From Dimorphilus gyrociliatus (Eukaryota > Animalia > Annelida), in contig CAJFCJ010000006.1 in NCBI GenBank assembly GCA_904063045.1, forward strand, positions 3,178,408 to 3,242,407: a stretch of 64,000 bases of DNA. Direction: 5' to 3'. How positions within the stretch are numbered: position 1 is the first letter of the stretch; every line of letters begins with the position of its first letter. The notes below the pieces were generated by a model. The model saw nothing but the letters and a program-made list of their open reading frames with translations, searched no databases and was not told the origin of the DNA. Shown here piece by piece: positions 50,420-63,000 of this stretch. Position numbers and translations under genes: made by a program.

Positions 50420-51871
50420 TCAACAAATTACATCGCACTTGTCTAATTTCAGTTTCAGCCAAGCTAAAAGTTCGCTATTTAAAGCTTGACAATTGATAAC
50501 ATCTAATTCTTTGAGATTTTCCAGTTTAATTAAATATTTTAAACCAAAACGAGTAATTAAACAGCAACCAGATAATGATAATGATTTTAAATGCTTAAAA
50601 TTTGAACAACATTCAAGACCCTTGTCGCTTATTTCCTTACACCATCTTAGTGATAGAGTGACTAGAGTAGTCGAGATTGGTAGTAAATATTTCAAGCCTA
50701 TATTTGTTATTTGAGAACACCTGGAAAAGAAGAAAAATAGTATAATGAATGATTAATTATATGCATATATATTAATATATATAGAGAGATATATTATACA
50801 GTATGTATTGTGTATATTTTAAGAAAAAGGTATTAACCTATCTAAGTATAATTCCTCTAAAACATTTTCTTTAAATGCAATCATTTTCAGGCTTCTATTT
50901 GTCAATTTTATACACCAGGACAAGTTCAGTGACCTCAAATGCAATAAACTATCCGAAATAATTTCAACGCTATCGTCAGTAATCTTGGAACAGCCTGCCA
51001 AACTTAGTTCGTTTAAACCATTCAAGCATTGACAGATACTCAAAACGCCATCGTCCGTTATTTCCCAGCAAAATTCCAATTTTAAAGTTCTTATGTGTAG
51101 ATTAAAACGGAAATAGGCCAAAGACGCATCAGTCATATGATAAGATTGTAGATGTAAGTAATTTAAAGATGGTAATGATTCTGCAATAGCTTCAACTGCA
51201 TTGTCTGTCAAATAAACGCTATCTAATGATACTAATTTAACAATGCTAGAAGTAAGAGAATCCCACATGCTCTCCTCTGTCAAATTATTACAACTGAGAA
51301 ATTCTATTTCGGTTATTGAATATTTACGTAACATAGCCACTACCGTTCCATCGTTAATAACACAATCTTGAAAACACAATCCACTGATTGTTGAAGTATT
51401 AACGGACACCATAAAGTCCTCTATATCTTCGTTGTTAGCTCTAATAAGACGAATCGAAGTAGTGTCTCTATTGATAATGTTGTCGTAGGCCAATCTTCTT
51501 TCGCCATCTGTCATCTGCAGAAAATCAACAATTTGAGCCACATTTTTTAATAGACCAGTAGTATTCAAGATGTTATTCCAATTGGAACAAACAGAAGTGA
51601 ACGAGCATCTTTGCAGTGGTGAGAAATATAAGAAGAACTTTGATAAGAATTTTTTACTTGAAAATAACTTTGTAACTTCTCTTTTTCTTTCAAGGGAACC
51701 AGTCCAACAATCTCTATCAGCCTTAGATGATCGAAAACAGCTAAAAGTCGCTCGGGCCGTCACTTTCGATTTGGCCAATTTTAATGCTTTCAATAATCCA
51801 CTTCTATCAGATTTATTTATTTTTTGATTCTTTAATATAGAGAATTCTGACTGCGTTCGACTCAAAGGCAT
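50420..51871 (-). CDS. FBXL16: F-box/LRR-repeat protein 16-like (2 exons)
   Basis: FLSKFFLYFSPLQRCSFTSVCSNW (F-box), then LRRs with LQSYHMTDASLAYF, CWEITDDG, LSLAGCSKITDD, LNLSWC, LEELYLDR|C and LSLRWC, all typical of FBXL16. Confidence 0.85.
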
Positions 51872-51910
51872 GATGAAGAATGAGAAACAAGACTAGATTA
51901 TATTTTCCAT

Positions 51911-51923
51911 TACAGAGGGCGCT
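51911..51923. promoter_or_regulatory. CTCF-like motif TACAGAGGGCGCT
   Basis: 13-mer identical to 32598-32610; 40 nt upstream of the FBXL16 ATG. Confidence 0.45.
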
Positions 51924-52172
51924 TATTTTCTAATATTCAGTGTAAAATGAACAATAAGACGTTAACATACCTTATTACTTACATTAACACAAAGTATTAT
52001 AATTATAAATTATAATTTTTCCTAACGTTTGTTTATATCGTTGTTTACATATTTTTTTTTATTAAATTCTATTATATAGAAAAGGAATAGCTGGTAATTT
52101 GAGGATACCATGTCAAGTCTACTGGATGATACTTTATTAAAAGATTAATTGTTCATACTCTATTCTCTTCTA

Positions 52173-52215
<43 letters not shown>

Positions 52216-54675
52216 TATATATATATAATATATATAGATTCTAATAAAAGCCTTTTTTATATAACACATGTTCAGCATAAATATATATAAAGTATATTGT
52301 AAATTACCTATCACTGGAAGAAAAACAATCAATACCCTTGACAAAGCTCATGATTACAACTAAGATTATGATACTAGTGATATCAGTAACAAAGTTACAA
52401 GGATGTATAAAAAAAATGACAGAAACACAAAAGACTTTACTAAAATAGTAATTGACTAAAAGTACTGCAGTAGCTTGTGTGAAGGACGTATTATGACAGT
52501 CAAGCGTTATATATGCACCAACTGTAGCAAAGACAAGTGCCACATCCATACAGATCGTTATAATTACTCCAATTGTCGAATATATTGTATTATCCGGAAT
52601 GAAAATGAATTTTTTTCCTTCATTCTCTTTTTATATTCATTATATCTTTTAGTTTTATTAAAAATAAAATTGTAAAATTTACATTTAAAAAGAAAACATA
52701 CTTTTTTTATCTTTCTATTTAAAAATAAACTTAAAAAGCATCCTTTTGTTTCTTTTGTTGAAATGACAAAAAAGTAAATTATCTTACTACTATTTCCTAG
52801 AAAAATTACAGCTAAATGCACTAGAATAAAAGATATAAGATACAATATGCAATTGATACATTTATACTAACAGTATAAAAGAGTTTATTTCCTTTCTTCA
52901 TAACCTTTAACCCCTTTTCTCCAACCACCCTTTTTTGTAATTTTTTTTCACTGTCTCTTTTCCTCCTACCTGTTTTTTTATTCTTGTTTTTTTGCTTTTA
53001 TTTTTTTCCTAGCCCATAAACTATAGCGTTGTTTATTACAAAAAAATACTACTTGGATTAATAAAGTATTAAAAGCTTTTATAAATTTGTATTGTTTGTT
53101 CTTTTTATGAACAGTAATAATTCATAAAGACGTCAAATTGAATATAAATATATATGTTTATATATACAGAATATACTAATATATATATATAGATATATAT
53201 ATATAAGAAATACGACCAGCATTAAAGATTTACCTTATAAACCTATCACAATGTTTGGTTTTAATAAGATCTTATCGATATGTTAACAAAATTTCGAGTT
53301 TCTTTTATTACTTAATATATAAATTGTTTGACATTATATAGGATTGTGTAAGTTGGATATTTGTTTGTTTGTTTTTAATCCTTCTCTCTCTCTCTTTCTC
53401 TCTCTCTCTTTCTCTCTCTCTTCCTAACATGTTTAAGTTATTGTTAAACCAAAAAACGTATAAGGAATTAATCATTTATGTTTGTGTGCTTTCTTTTCCT
53501 TTCTATCTTTCTCTCACTCTCTAGTTATATATATATATATATATATATATTTCTCTAGGGATTATCTTACTATCCGAACCAGGGTATAATAACATTTATT
53601 TAAAGAACACTTTACTACGACGGAAATTCAAATTTTAATTGAATTTCTCTATAAAGAAAACCTATATCATAAAAAGTCATAAATATATAGTTATTTTATT
53701 ATTATTCTTCTGAAAATTGATTTCTAGTTGAACTCTAACTTTATGCAAAATAAATCTATTGATTTATTTAGTTTTTCAACATTTTCAAATAGAATAAAAA
53801 ATTAAGTACATTTAAATTTAGCATAATAACTTTTCTCTTATATAAACGTTGACTTAAACTTGAATAATTCATATATATAGCCGTAATGTCATCGAAATTC
53901 ACAGTTAGATTTTGCAAAGTTAGCTTAAATGTCTTCTTTAAGGGTATATATATATATACAAAGAAAAAGAATATGTGAAGGAATCTAATCAAATATATTC
54001 CTGGATGTAGTGGAACAAATTATAGTAATTATACATAGATAATACAAGTTTTCGCTATAATCCGTTAGATGTCACTCTAGCACATATTTCATAAGATATA
54101 GATTATAAAATTATTGCGTACTAGGTAGGTAACTGACCGTCTCTAAAGTCCTTTGTTAAGTAATAAAGGTGTAATAATAAATATAAAGAATAACTAATCT
54201 AAAGGTCATTGATCTCTTCATAACGTTTTAATAATTTTTCAACAGTTAACGTAGCAGAAAAGCGGTCAAATGTATATTAATAACATACCTATTTTTCCCT
54301 TGATTAATAAAGACAAATAGATAATAAGTAATTTCATAATAAATATTGTATTTAATTATATATTAAGAAATATCTCAAAAAAGAAAAAAAATGAGTTAAA
54401 AAACCATTTTCTTTGAACGTTACAACAACATGCAAATAATCAAAAGTTTATAATTATATCTTAATATACAATACTAGTAATATTTTGTTATTTAGACAGA
54501 AATCGAATATTAACTGTTATTTTTTCTGTATTTTATGGAGATCAGTAACAGAATATACGATATTTTCAGCGATAATAATTGGTTTCGCTTCATTATTTCT
54601 AATTAATATGCAACTGTTTTTTTAATCACTATAATTCTCTGTTATTGTATGATAATTTTTTTTATTTTATCTATT

Positions 54676-54843
54676 TCCTCTCCCTCCCTCTCTCCCTCCC
54701 TCCCTCCCTCCCTCTTCTCTCTCTCTTAGTTTTCTTCCTTCTTTCCAATTTTCAATCCATATTAAGCCCCCTCTCTGTTTATTGTTTTATTCTTTATATT
54801 TTCTCTCACTCCCCCCTCCCTCCCTCCCTCCCTCTCTCTTCCC
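54676..54843. repeat. Two (CCCT)n/(CT)n polypyrimidine tracts (GGGA repeats on the minus strand)
   Basis: Tracts at 54676-54726 and 54810-54843 each contain at least four tandem CCCT units. Confidence 0.8.
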
Positions 54844-55115
54844 TAGCCATTGATTAATTTTCTTTAGTTATCTTGTTTTTTTTTAACCATAGTGACTCTC
54901 CATATAAGAGGTGAAGAACACTAAGTGCTGCAATTAATTTTGTTGAATTTAGGAATAAACAGTACTCCTCTCTTCTCGTTATTTCCTCTCTGCTTTATCC
55001 TAATGGAGCAATAAAAAATGTAGGTCAATAATGACGATGATGATTTCAACAGTCCTTTGTCTGTTTATTCTTGAACCCCCTATGATGTAATTATATTATT
55101 CATGAGAAGTGATTA

Positions 55116-55568
55116 TTAACGACATTTAGCGCCAACGCGGGAGAGCTTTTTTCTATTGGTGGGAGAAGTTGACTCAACAATCCTACTTTCTGAGCATAAT
55201 CCCGTATCGTCTCTAATTTTGAGAAAAGCAGAAAAATGAACTTGCTTATGTCTCGGCGCCTTTGGTTTTTTCGCCTCATCCAAAATTTTGTCACCAGATT
55301 CAGTTATTGTATAACTTCTTAACAGAGGAATATCTTGAGTTTTCTTTGCCTTTGTTTGAACATCGTAAAATTCCTCCATTTTCTTATTCATCTTTATCTT
55401 CGGTTTGGTTTTACAATATATTGTATTTTCGTTTCTATTCTCGTGATTATCTTGATCTCTTGTCATATGGTCTCCATCCGAGGAGACTGACCAAAGGTCC
55501 ACTGAATCTAGACTAACGTTTAACGTGTCGAAATTTTTCATATTCACTAGTACTTTCCTCTTTGTCAT
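55116..55568 (-). CDS. Orphan 150-aa hydrophilic protein with an RVxF-type PP1-docking motif
   Basis: Uninterrupted 453-nt ORF of higher GC content than its flanks, charged and disordered composition, with KQVHF at 55233-55247. No family recognised. Confidence 0.55.
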   Translation of the reverse strand: MTKRKVLVNMKNFDTLNVSLDSVDLWSVSSDGDHMTRDQDNHENRNENTIYCKTKPKIKMNKKMEEFYDVQTKAKKTQDIPLLRSYTITESGDKILDEAKKPKAPRHKQVHFSAFLKIRDDTGLCSESRIVESTSPTNRKKLSRVGAKCR

Positions 55569-58500
55569 CGATAACTTAACTGAATCGAAGCTCGACTTCT
55601 ACGTCGTCTATGTTAATGTTTACCAAGGTTATGCGCATGTCAAAAGAACCCACGTGATTAACAAGGCCTTATTAGGTCGATACAATCCAGTGTTTCATAT
55701 GAAAATGCTGGAGAAATATGTTCAGACACGAAAGTTCGTACGTACTTACTTAGCAAGGGTTGCAGTTGTTTGTAAACAGCTCTCTGGTGATATTGACTAA
55801 TTGAAGTTTATGAATAATGTAAAAGTTTTATGATAATCCATTCGTAATTAAAAATTTAAAGCCAAATCTACTGCAATATAAGAAACTGGAATAAATAATT
55901 TTCGTATATTTTAATATCATGTAATTACAATTGACAGAAATAAATAGCTTAAAATATAAATATTCAGTAATCCATAAAAAATAATCTCTACATTTGCCTC
56001 TTATCGTAAATATTAATAAACAATAGATATTACGCAATAAGACGAAAAAGCAATATCCTACTTAACGGATAAAGTTAATCGTGTTTTGAAAATAAGTCTA
56101 TTTTTGAACATACCAATATATATTAAAATGGTTCCTGGTACGGATAAAACGTTAAAAAAACTTTGACCTTTCCTCTGGTTTTAGGAAAAGACTAGTAAAT
56201 AAAATAGGGATTAAAGACTAAGTGGGGGAGTTGAGAAGTGGATGTTAAACATTGAAAGCTGGTTAATATGCGTGGGGTAAGATTAATAAGAATTTGCCCC
56301 TAATAGACAAAATCTAAGAATGGTATGCGTCACAACATTTTATATTTCTTTTCATAATCCTATGGTTATTAGTTTTAAAAATCTTTACACAATTTCTGTT
56401 GTATGAATATATAATCTGATTATATAATATTATCCATGTTCTATTCAACGAAAGGAGAAAAGTAGTTTTGATTAAACAGCAAAGGTTTTGAGTGGGAAAT
56501 GAAAAGATTGTACTAATTACAGAACAAGACGTTTGATCTCTCCCTTTCTAACTAGTTAGGCTTAATGTCATAGATAAAGTTGATTTTTCTTCTACCTAGA
56601 TCCTATATTTACAAATATTTACATGTAAAGCATATTTACGGTATTTAAACATAAACAAAACTTTTTCCATAGCATTACAAACCTCCTTTGAAATTCAGTT
56701 TGAAATTCAATCGAGGAGAGCATTATTCATTAACCAATGGCAAATTTCAATATATACTTTATGTATGTATATATAGTATATCATAACCGTAAATTATACG
56801 TAATATCTATAAATGATTAAGAATAAAAGATACACAGATACAAAATATTTTGTAGCTGTCTACGTAAGCAATATATATATATATATATAAACTTATGCTG
56901 CAATACTGCAGTATACGTATGCAACCAGTGTTTTTATTATTCAAAAATTATAATATCCTTTCTTCTTTATATGCAAATATTGAATAATTGTAAATGATAA
57001 TGAGAATCTTTTCTTCGATTATTATCTATTTATTTTAATATACCCTGTTTTAGATTTTCAGTGGGAGGGTATAGAAATTGTTTGGGAATTATAAATATAG
57101 TAAGCTTTTGGATGTTCATTAAACGATCGTTCCCTCACCTTTACCACCCCCTTAATTTTTATTGTTTCCTTTGATTTCTTGAAAACCATTAACGTGGAAG
57201 TATGATTCATCAATTTCTGTTGAAAAAAATAAAGCTATTCTAATTTCCAATCAATAACAGAAAAACACAGGGTGAATTTAGTCATTTTTTTTCTACCTTT
57301 AAATTGACTTTATCGATTGGTAAAATCTTAAAATAAACTCGAATTAGTATCAGAGTAATGCTATTACGTATTTTGGTTTGAATAAAAGAAGATTGCATTA
57401 TTTATTCTATAAATAACGGGCTGCTCTTTCTCCCTTTCTCTCTTTCTCTTTACGCTGACTCATTAGTGGCTAAAACTTAAACTCCACGTATAAAAGAGTT
57501 AATATCATATAGATGGCACCACGTATAGTACAAACTAAGAACAAATTATAACCAATTATACTTGTATTCAAGCTATTTTGCAAAAGGATCAGTACGGATA
57601 AAGAAACTCAATAAATACAAATTATGTTTAAGTAACCATTAAAAATTAATCCTGGCCCTCCTTCTTCTCTGTCTCTTAGTCTCTTTTCTCTCTCTCTCTT
57701 TCTTTCTTCCTTTCTTCCATTTTCTTAATAACCTACGAGGAAATCAATAAAAGATCCTGACCAGAATAAAATGTTTTGGTTTTAACAAAATAAAGACTAT
57801 TAACTGTTAACTAATGTCAGTTTATTCAATGTTAAAATGATTTAACATGATTTTTATGCATATTAGATGTATTTATACAATATTGTATCTATACGTTTTA
57901 TTTTCTTATATAATAAATTTAATAAGATATTCTTGATAAAAATAATGAGAACAACAGATAAAATGGTGGCATAATTTATTACGAAAATTACAAATAATGG
58001 CACAAACAGAGAGAATAAATAAATATAGATATATCTTTCCAGATTATTAGATTACTCTATTGAAATAAGATATCAGCGCTTTATTAGATGAATTTATTAA
58101 AATTATAATAATAATAAAATTTCTATTATTCTATTGAAAATATAAATATAGTCTGCTAAAGAGAGAATATAAATATATAAAGATATATATTATATATTAT
58201 TTACAAGTTGGAATAAGTTGTTTTCTCCTTTTTTCATTTAAGTAAAATAATTCAATTAATTAACTTTAATACGCATTTGTAATTCTATTATCGGTTTATA
58301 TTTCTATTTTGTTTTTTTTTCTCCACTTAGCCTTATATTGTTTCATTTATAACTTCCGGTTTAATGGAGTAACAAAGTTAATTGCTATTTAGTATGAAAA
58401 TTTTGCTATCTATGTTATTATATATTGTACATTTATATTAAAAAAGGTTTCTTCTTTTGTCTTCTGCTATTAATACTATATATTTGTTATTTATAATTAT

Positions 58501-59455
58501 TTATATTAAAGAGTAAGCTGCTTTAATGGATTTTATATGTTTAAAAGTTAATGTTACTTAAATAAAAGTTACAAATAAACAAATGCTCTTCTTTCTATGT
58601 TAAAATTAACATTTATCAAAACTTTTCTATGCCTTATGAATATTCATAAGCTATATATTTATAGCTTTTCTTCAAACATTTTCCAAACGTATTTAGGTGC
58701 ATACAGTACATACAGATATACATTCACAGTGATATTGAATAAATTATCTCATGGGGATAAATATACACCTACATACAGTACATTCTCCATTTTGTTTTTT
58801 AGTTTGTAACTAAAAAAATCTTATATTTTCTTTTTCTACGGTTATTTTTACAGGTGATTTAAGGGATTTTAACCAGAAACGTATTTTATAACTAACTCAT
58901 CACTCCAACTGCTAAACAAATGTATTTGTAACCTAGAAAAAATATAATAAAAAAATATTAAGTATGGACTAAACAGTGTGTTAAAGTCCTTTATTCAATA
59001 TAGTAAAAGTTTTACTTGTTGTTATCTAATATTTATACTTAAATTAGTCTTCTAATTGTCCAATAACTCTGTTATATATATGGTAAAGCGAAATTAATAG
59101 GGAAAGAATCGAAGATTCTCTTTTATATTTTACCGCCATTCGCCTTGGACATTAGATAGCTTCCGGTTTTAACTTGGAACTCACTTGTGATTTATTGAGT
59201 ACTTTGATTGTACTCAAAGATATTAGATGGCCATTTTTGTGTAAAAGTAAAGTTTTTAACCTAGACCTCAATAAATGACTAGATATATATATATAGAACA
59301 TCATAATTTCCAGTACCACACGCTCTAAAAACACATTTAGATTAACTTTGTAGTTTTTTTTAACTATTTTTCTCGTTTATTCTTGGAAAAAAAGAAGCTA
59401 CATTTTGGTAATTAATAATAGAATTTCCTGAATAAAAGCGTTTCCACATAAGAGA

Positions 59456-59486
<31 letters not shown>

Positions 59487-60057
59487 GTAGGTATGCAGTA
59501 TATATATATACTTGTATACATGTTATGTGTACAAAATGTAACATACACAATCGACGTATATACTATATATATACAAACATAAAACGCTCTCTATAGACTG
59601 GTATATTAATAAAAATATATATATGTATACATATACATATTATCATTAACGCTATTACAAATTTATAACTGATATTGCTATAGCAGAGATTCTAACAAAT
59701 GTAATTTCTTAATATAGACAGATATTTCTTTTTTTCCGCGTGCATAGTCTTACGTGATCGTAAATATGGCTGTTTTAGTCTTAAAAATAGCACAATATAT
59801 AGATAATTTCTTATATGTATACATACATATAAGAAAGAAAACGGAAAAACAGCAAGTATGAAAAGAAAACAAAGAGAAAAAAACATACTGCTAGCAAAAA
59901 AGAGGCAAGCAGCACTACATTTTTGACACTAGTAAAAAGCGATAACGAAATAGGGGTAAAACCCATAAAGATTCATTAATTTTGAATTGAACACAATTTT
60001 AAATACATTTAAATGTATAAATAAGATGTCCGTTTTATATATGTTTTTAATTTTTAA

Positions 60058-63000
60058 TCAGAGAGGAGTTTCTTTTTTTAACGGAAGTCCGTGTGGTCTC
60101 TCGACTAATTTCTGACTAGTCGTATTCTGCGTTGCTACCAAGGAACTGGAGTTTCCGTTCGGACTATATTCTAATGTATCCGGAAGATTTGATAATTTAT
60201 TGTAATATCCGTGTCCGTTTGAAACGGCAAAATTCGGATTTGTAACAATACCGTTACGATTTTGTTTTTTCTGCCTCGAATCCGATTTCTTTTGACCTTT
60301 CACGTACATCTGCTTCTGCCAAACTGGTTCCTGGCTACCATCGTCGCTATTCGGTTCGCTAACTGGACTGAGGATTTTTGATTTTCTGTTCGACGGATGA
60401 ACAGATTGTTGCAACTGCTGTGTAAAAGATAAAGACTGCGAATCGCCAACGTGAAGAAGACCGGAAGAGGAAGAATTACTCCTTTCTGTAAGACTAGAAC
60501 TTTTCGATGAATGGTTTGACACAACACTTCTGCGTTTATCATTTGGTGAATTTTGCGGGGATTTTACGGCATTCATATTTGCGAGAGGGGGTACACCGTA
60601 CTCTTCCAAAAGCCGAACGACCCGATTATGACCACCTTTTAAAGCTACTCTCGTAGCAGTCCTACCTGTAACAGAGAATTTCACTTATAAATTACAAAGC
60701 GAGCAATGATTAATTTTTAGCGTTTGTTTACCATATTGATCTGCGTGCTGAGCGTTAGCCCTATGTTGTAATAAAACTCTAACCACATCCTCGTGTCCCT
60801 CTTGGGATGATATGCACAAAGCAGTGGCTCCTTGGGAACAAGTTCTATCTACCTCTGCTCCGTGATCTAAGAGAGCACACACTACAGCCGCATGTCCCTG
60901 CCAAGCGGCGCTCTGAAGTGGTGTACGGCCGTCCAAATCAGTACAATCAGGCATGGCACCGTGGCTCAGTAACGTAGTAACGATGTCCAGGTGGCCTTGC
61001 CAGCAGGCAACGTGTAGAGCTGTTCGACCTTCGCAATCACCTATCTCTAAGTTTGCTCCCCTTGACAGAAAGTGCTTCAACATTGTCACTTGATTTTCCA
61101 AAGCTAATAAATAAAGCGTCGATCGTCCGTCTAAATCCGTATAATTAAGATCGGCACCATGAGATAAAAGCAACTCAACAACCTCAATATGTCCGTTCAG
61201 GGCGGCTGCCCTCAACGGGGTCCTTCCATCATGTGCCCGAAATTCTATATCGGCTCCTAAGCCTATTAAAGAACGTACAACGTTTGTATGTCCTTCTTGG
61301 GAGCCCAATGTTAAACCTGTTCTGCCATCGTTATCGCAACTGTCCAATAATTTTATATCCCATTCTATTAACAATTCGCAGACCTGTTTAGAACAATACA
61401 TACATAAACATACATATTAGTATATATAGATAAATACAGTATATAAATTTATATACTGTATAAAAACTAATACGCTCTCAAAGGTATTAATAACGCAACA
61501 AAGGGTCCTTAATTCAATTTAGATAGAAAAAAAGGAGATCATCGTTATAAAAAAAAAAACAGATGGTTTCTGGTAATAGTTTAGACAGATTCTCAGCGTG
61601 AGAGGAGGGAGTTATTCGCGACGATCATCACGAATCGTAAAGGAAAACTAGGCCAGTGAATGGAAAACATCAGTACAAACACGGTACGTTTACCTCTCTA
61701 TGGCCTTCGAAGCAGGCTAAATGCAGCGCGTTCCAACCGATATTATCGCGGTGCATTTCATCCAATCCCCTCTCCAACAGCTCCTTAACAACACTCGTTG
61801 AACCATGAAGAGCTGCTAATCCTAAAACGCTCCTACCATCGGCATCTATTGTATCTATGGCCGCTCCCCAAATCAGCAGTAATTTAACCACCTTACAGTG
61901 GCCGGCACTCCCAGCTAATTGCAAAGCCGTTCGTCCGGATTGATCGATATGGTCGACGTTAGCATCGTTTTCAAGGAGTAGCTCGCAAACTTGTGCATGG
62001 CCTTCATGAGCAGCGACGAGTAACGGTGTGAGACCATCAGTATCTTCGTGATCCACTTCCGCTCCTTTCTCTAAGAGAAGTGACACGACGTCAGAGTGAA
62101 GTCCACTTGTCGCAGGCATACAAAGTGCGGCTACTGATAAAGCGGTTCTATTGTCGCAATCCGCCTGGTTAATCTCGGCTCCTGCCGCTAAAAGAATTTG
62201 AACAATGTTAGTGTGCGCCATATAAGAGGCGGCTATCAGGGCTGTACGACCCTCGGCATCAGCCTTATTTACATCCGCACCGGCTGATATAAGTTTGTTT
62301 ACAATATCTTCGTGTCCACTCCACGCTGCGGCTCGTAATGCTGTCCTCCTCTCGTTATCCGCATTATCAACTGCCGCGTTGTAATTCAACAGGACTTCCA
62401 CGACTTCCATGTGACCACCCCATGCTGCTGACCTTAGCGGTGTCCATCCTTCGTGATCGCCGCAATCAACGTCAGCTCCTGCATTCAACAATTGTTTTAC
62501 AACTTCCACATGACCCTGGCGGGATGCTAGTATTAAAGCATTTTGACCACTCCTATCAACAATATCAAGTTCGGCTCCTTTATTTAGTAATACTTCAACT
62601 GCCTTATAATCACCGTCATGAGCTGCCGAACATAAATAAGTTCTTCCTGTGTTCATATTAGGTATATTTAGGGCAGCATCGTCAACTCTCTCGAGTAGAC
62701 GCTCCAAAGTATCCGTTCTATCTGTTAGAGAAGTTGCAAAAGATGTCACAGAGGTTGTCATTGCATCCGGCGAACTCTGTGGTAATTTAGCACCGGCATC
62801 TTGTAATAATCTAACGACTAGAGGATCGTTGGGTATTGTAGAATTCAAGCAATTTTCAATATCCGCTTGGGTTAAAGTCAACCAGAGAGGCAAGTGATAT
62901 AATTGTAAAGTTGGAGTTAAGCCAGACTTAGATATGTGTAAAGCCAATTCGTGAATTTGTTTTGCGCTTAAAGAACTCGATCTTTCGGTCATACTCATAG

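Noticed and set aside
52475-52675. Plus-strand CxxC-x4-CxxH pattern (RYICTNCSKDKCHIH) resembling a piggyBac-type C-terminal zinc finger
   Set aside because: There is no transposase core, TIR or TTAA-bounded element nearby, so it is probably chance.
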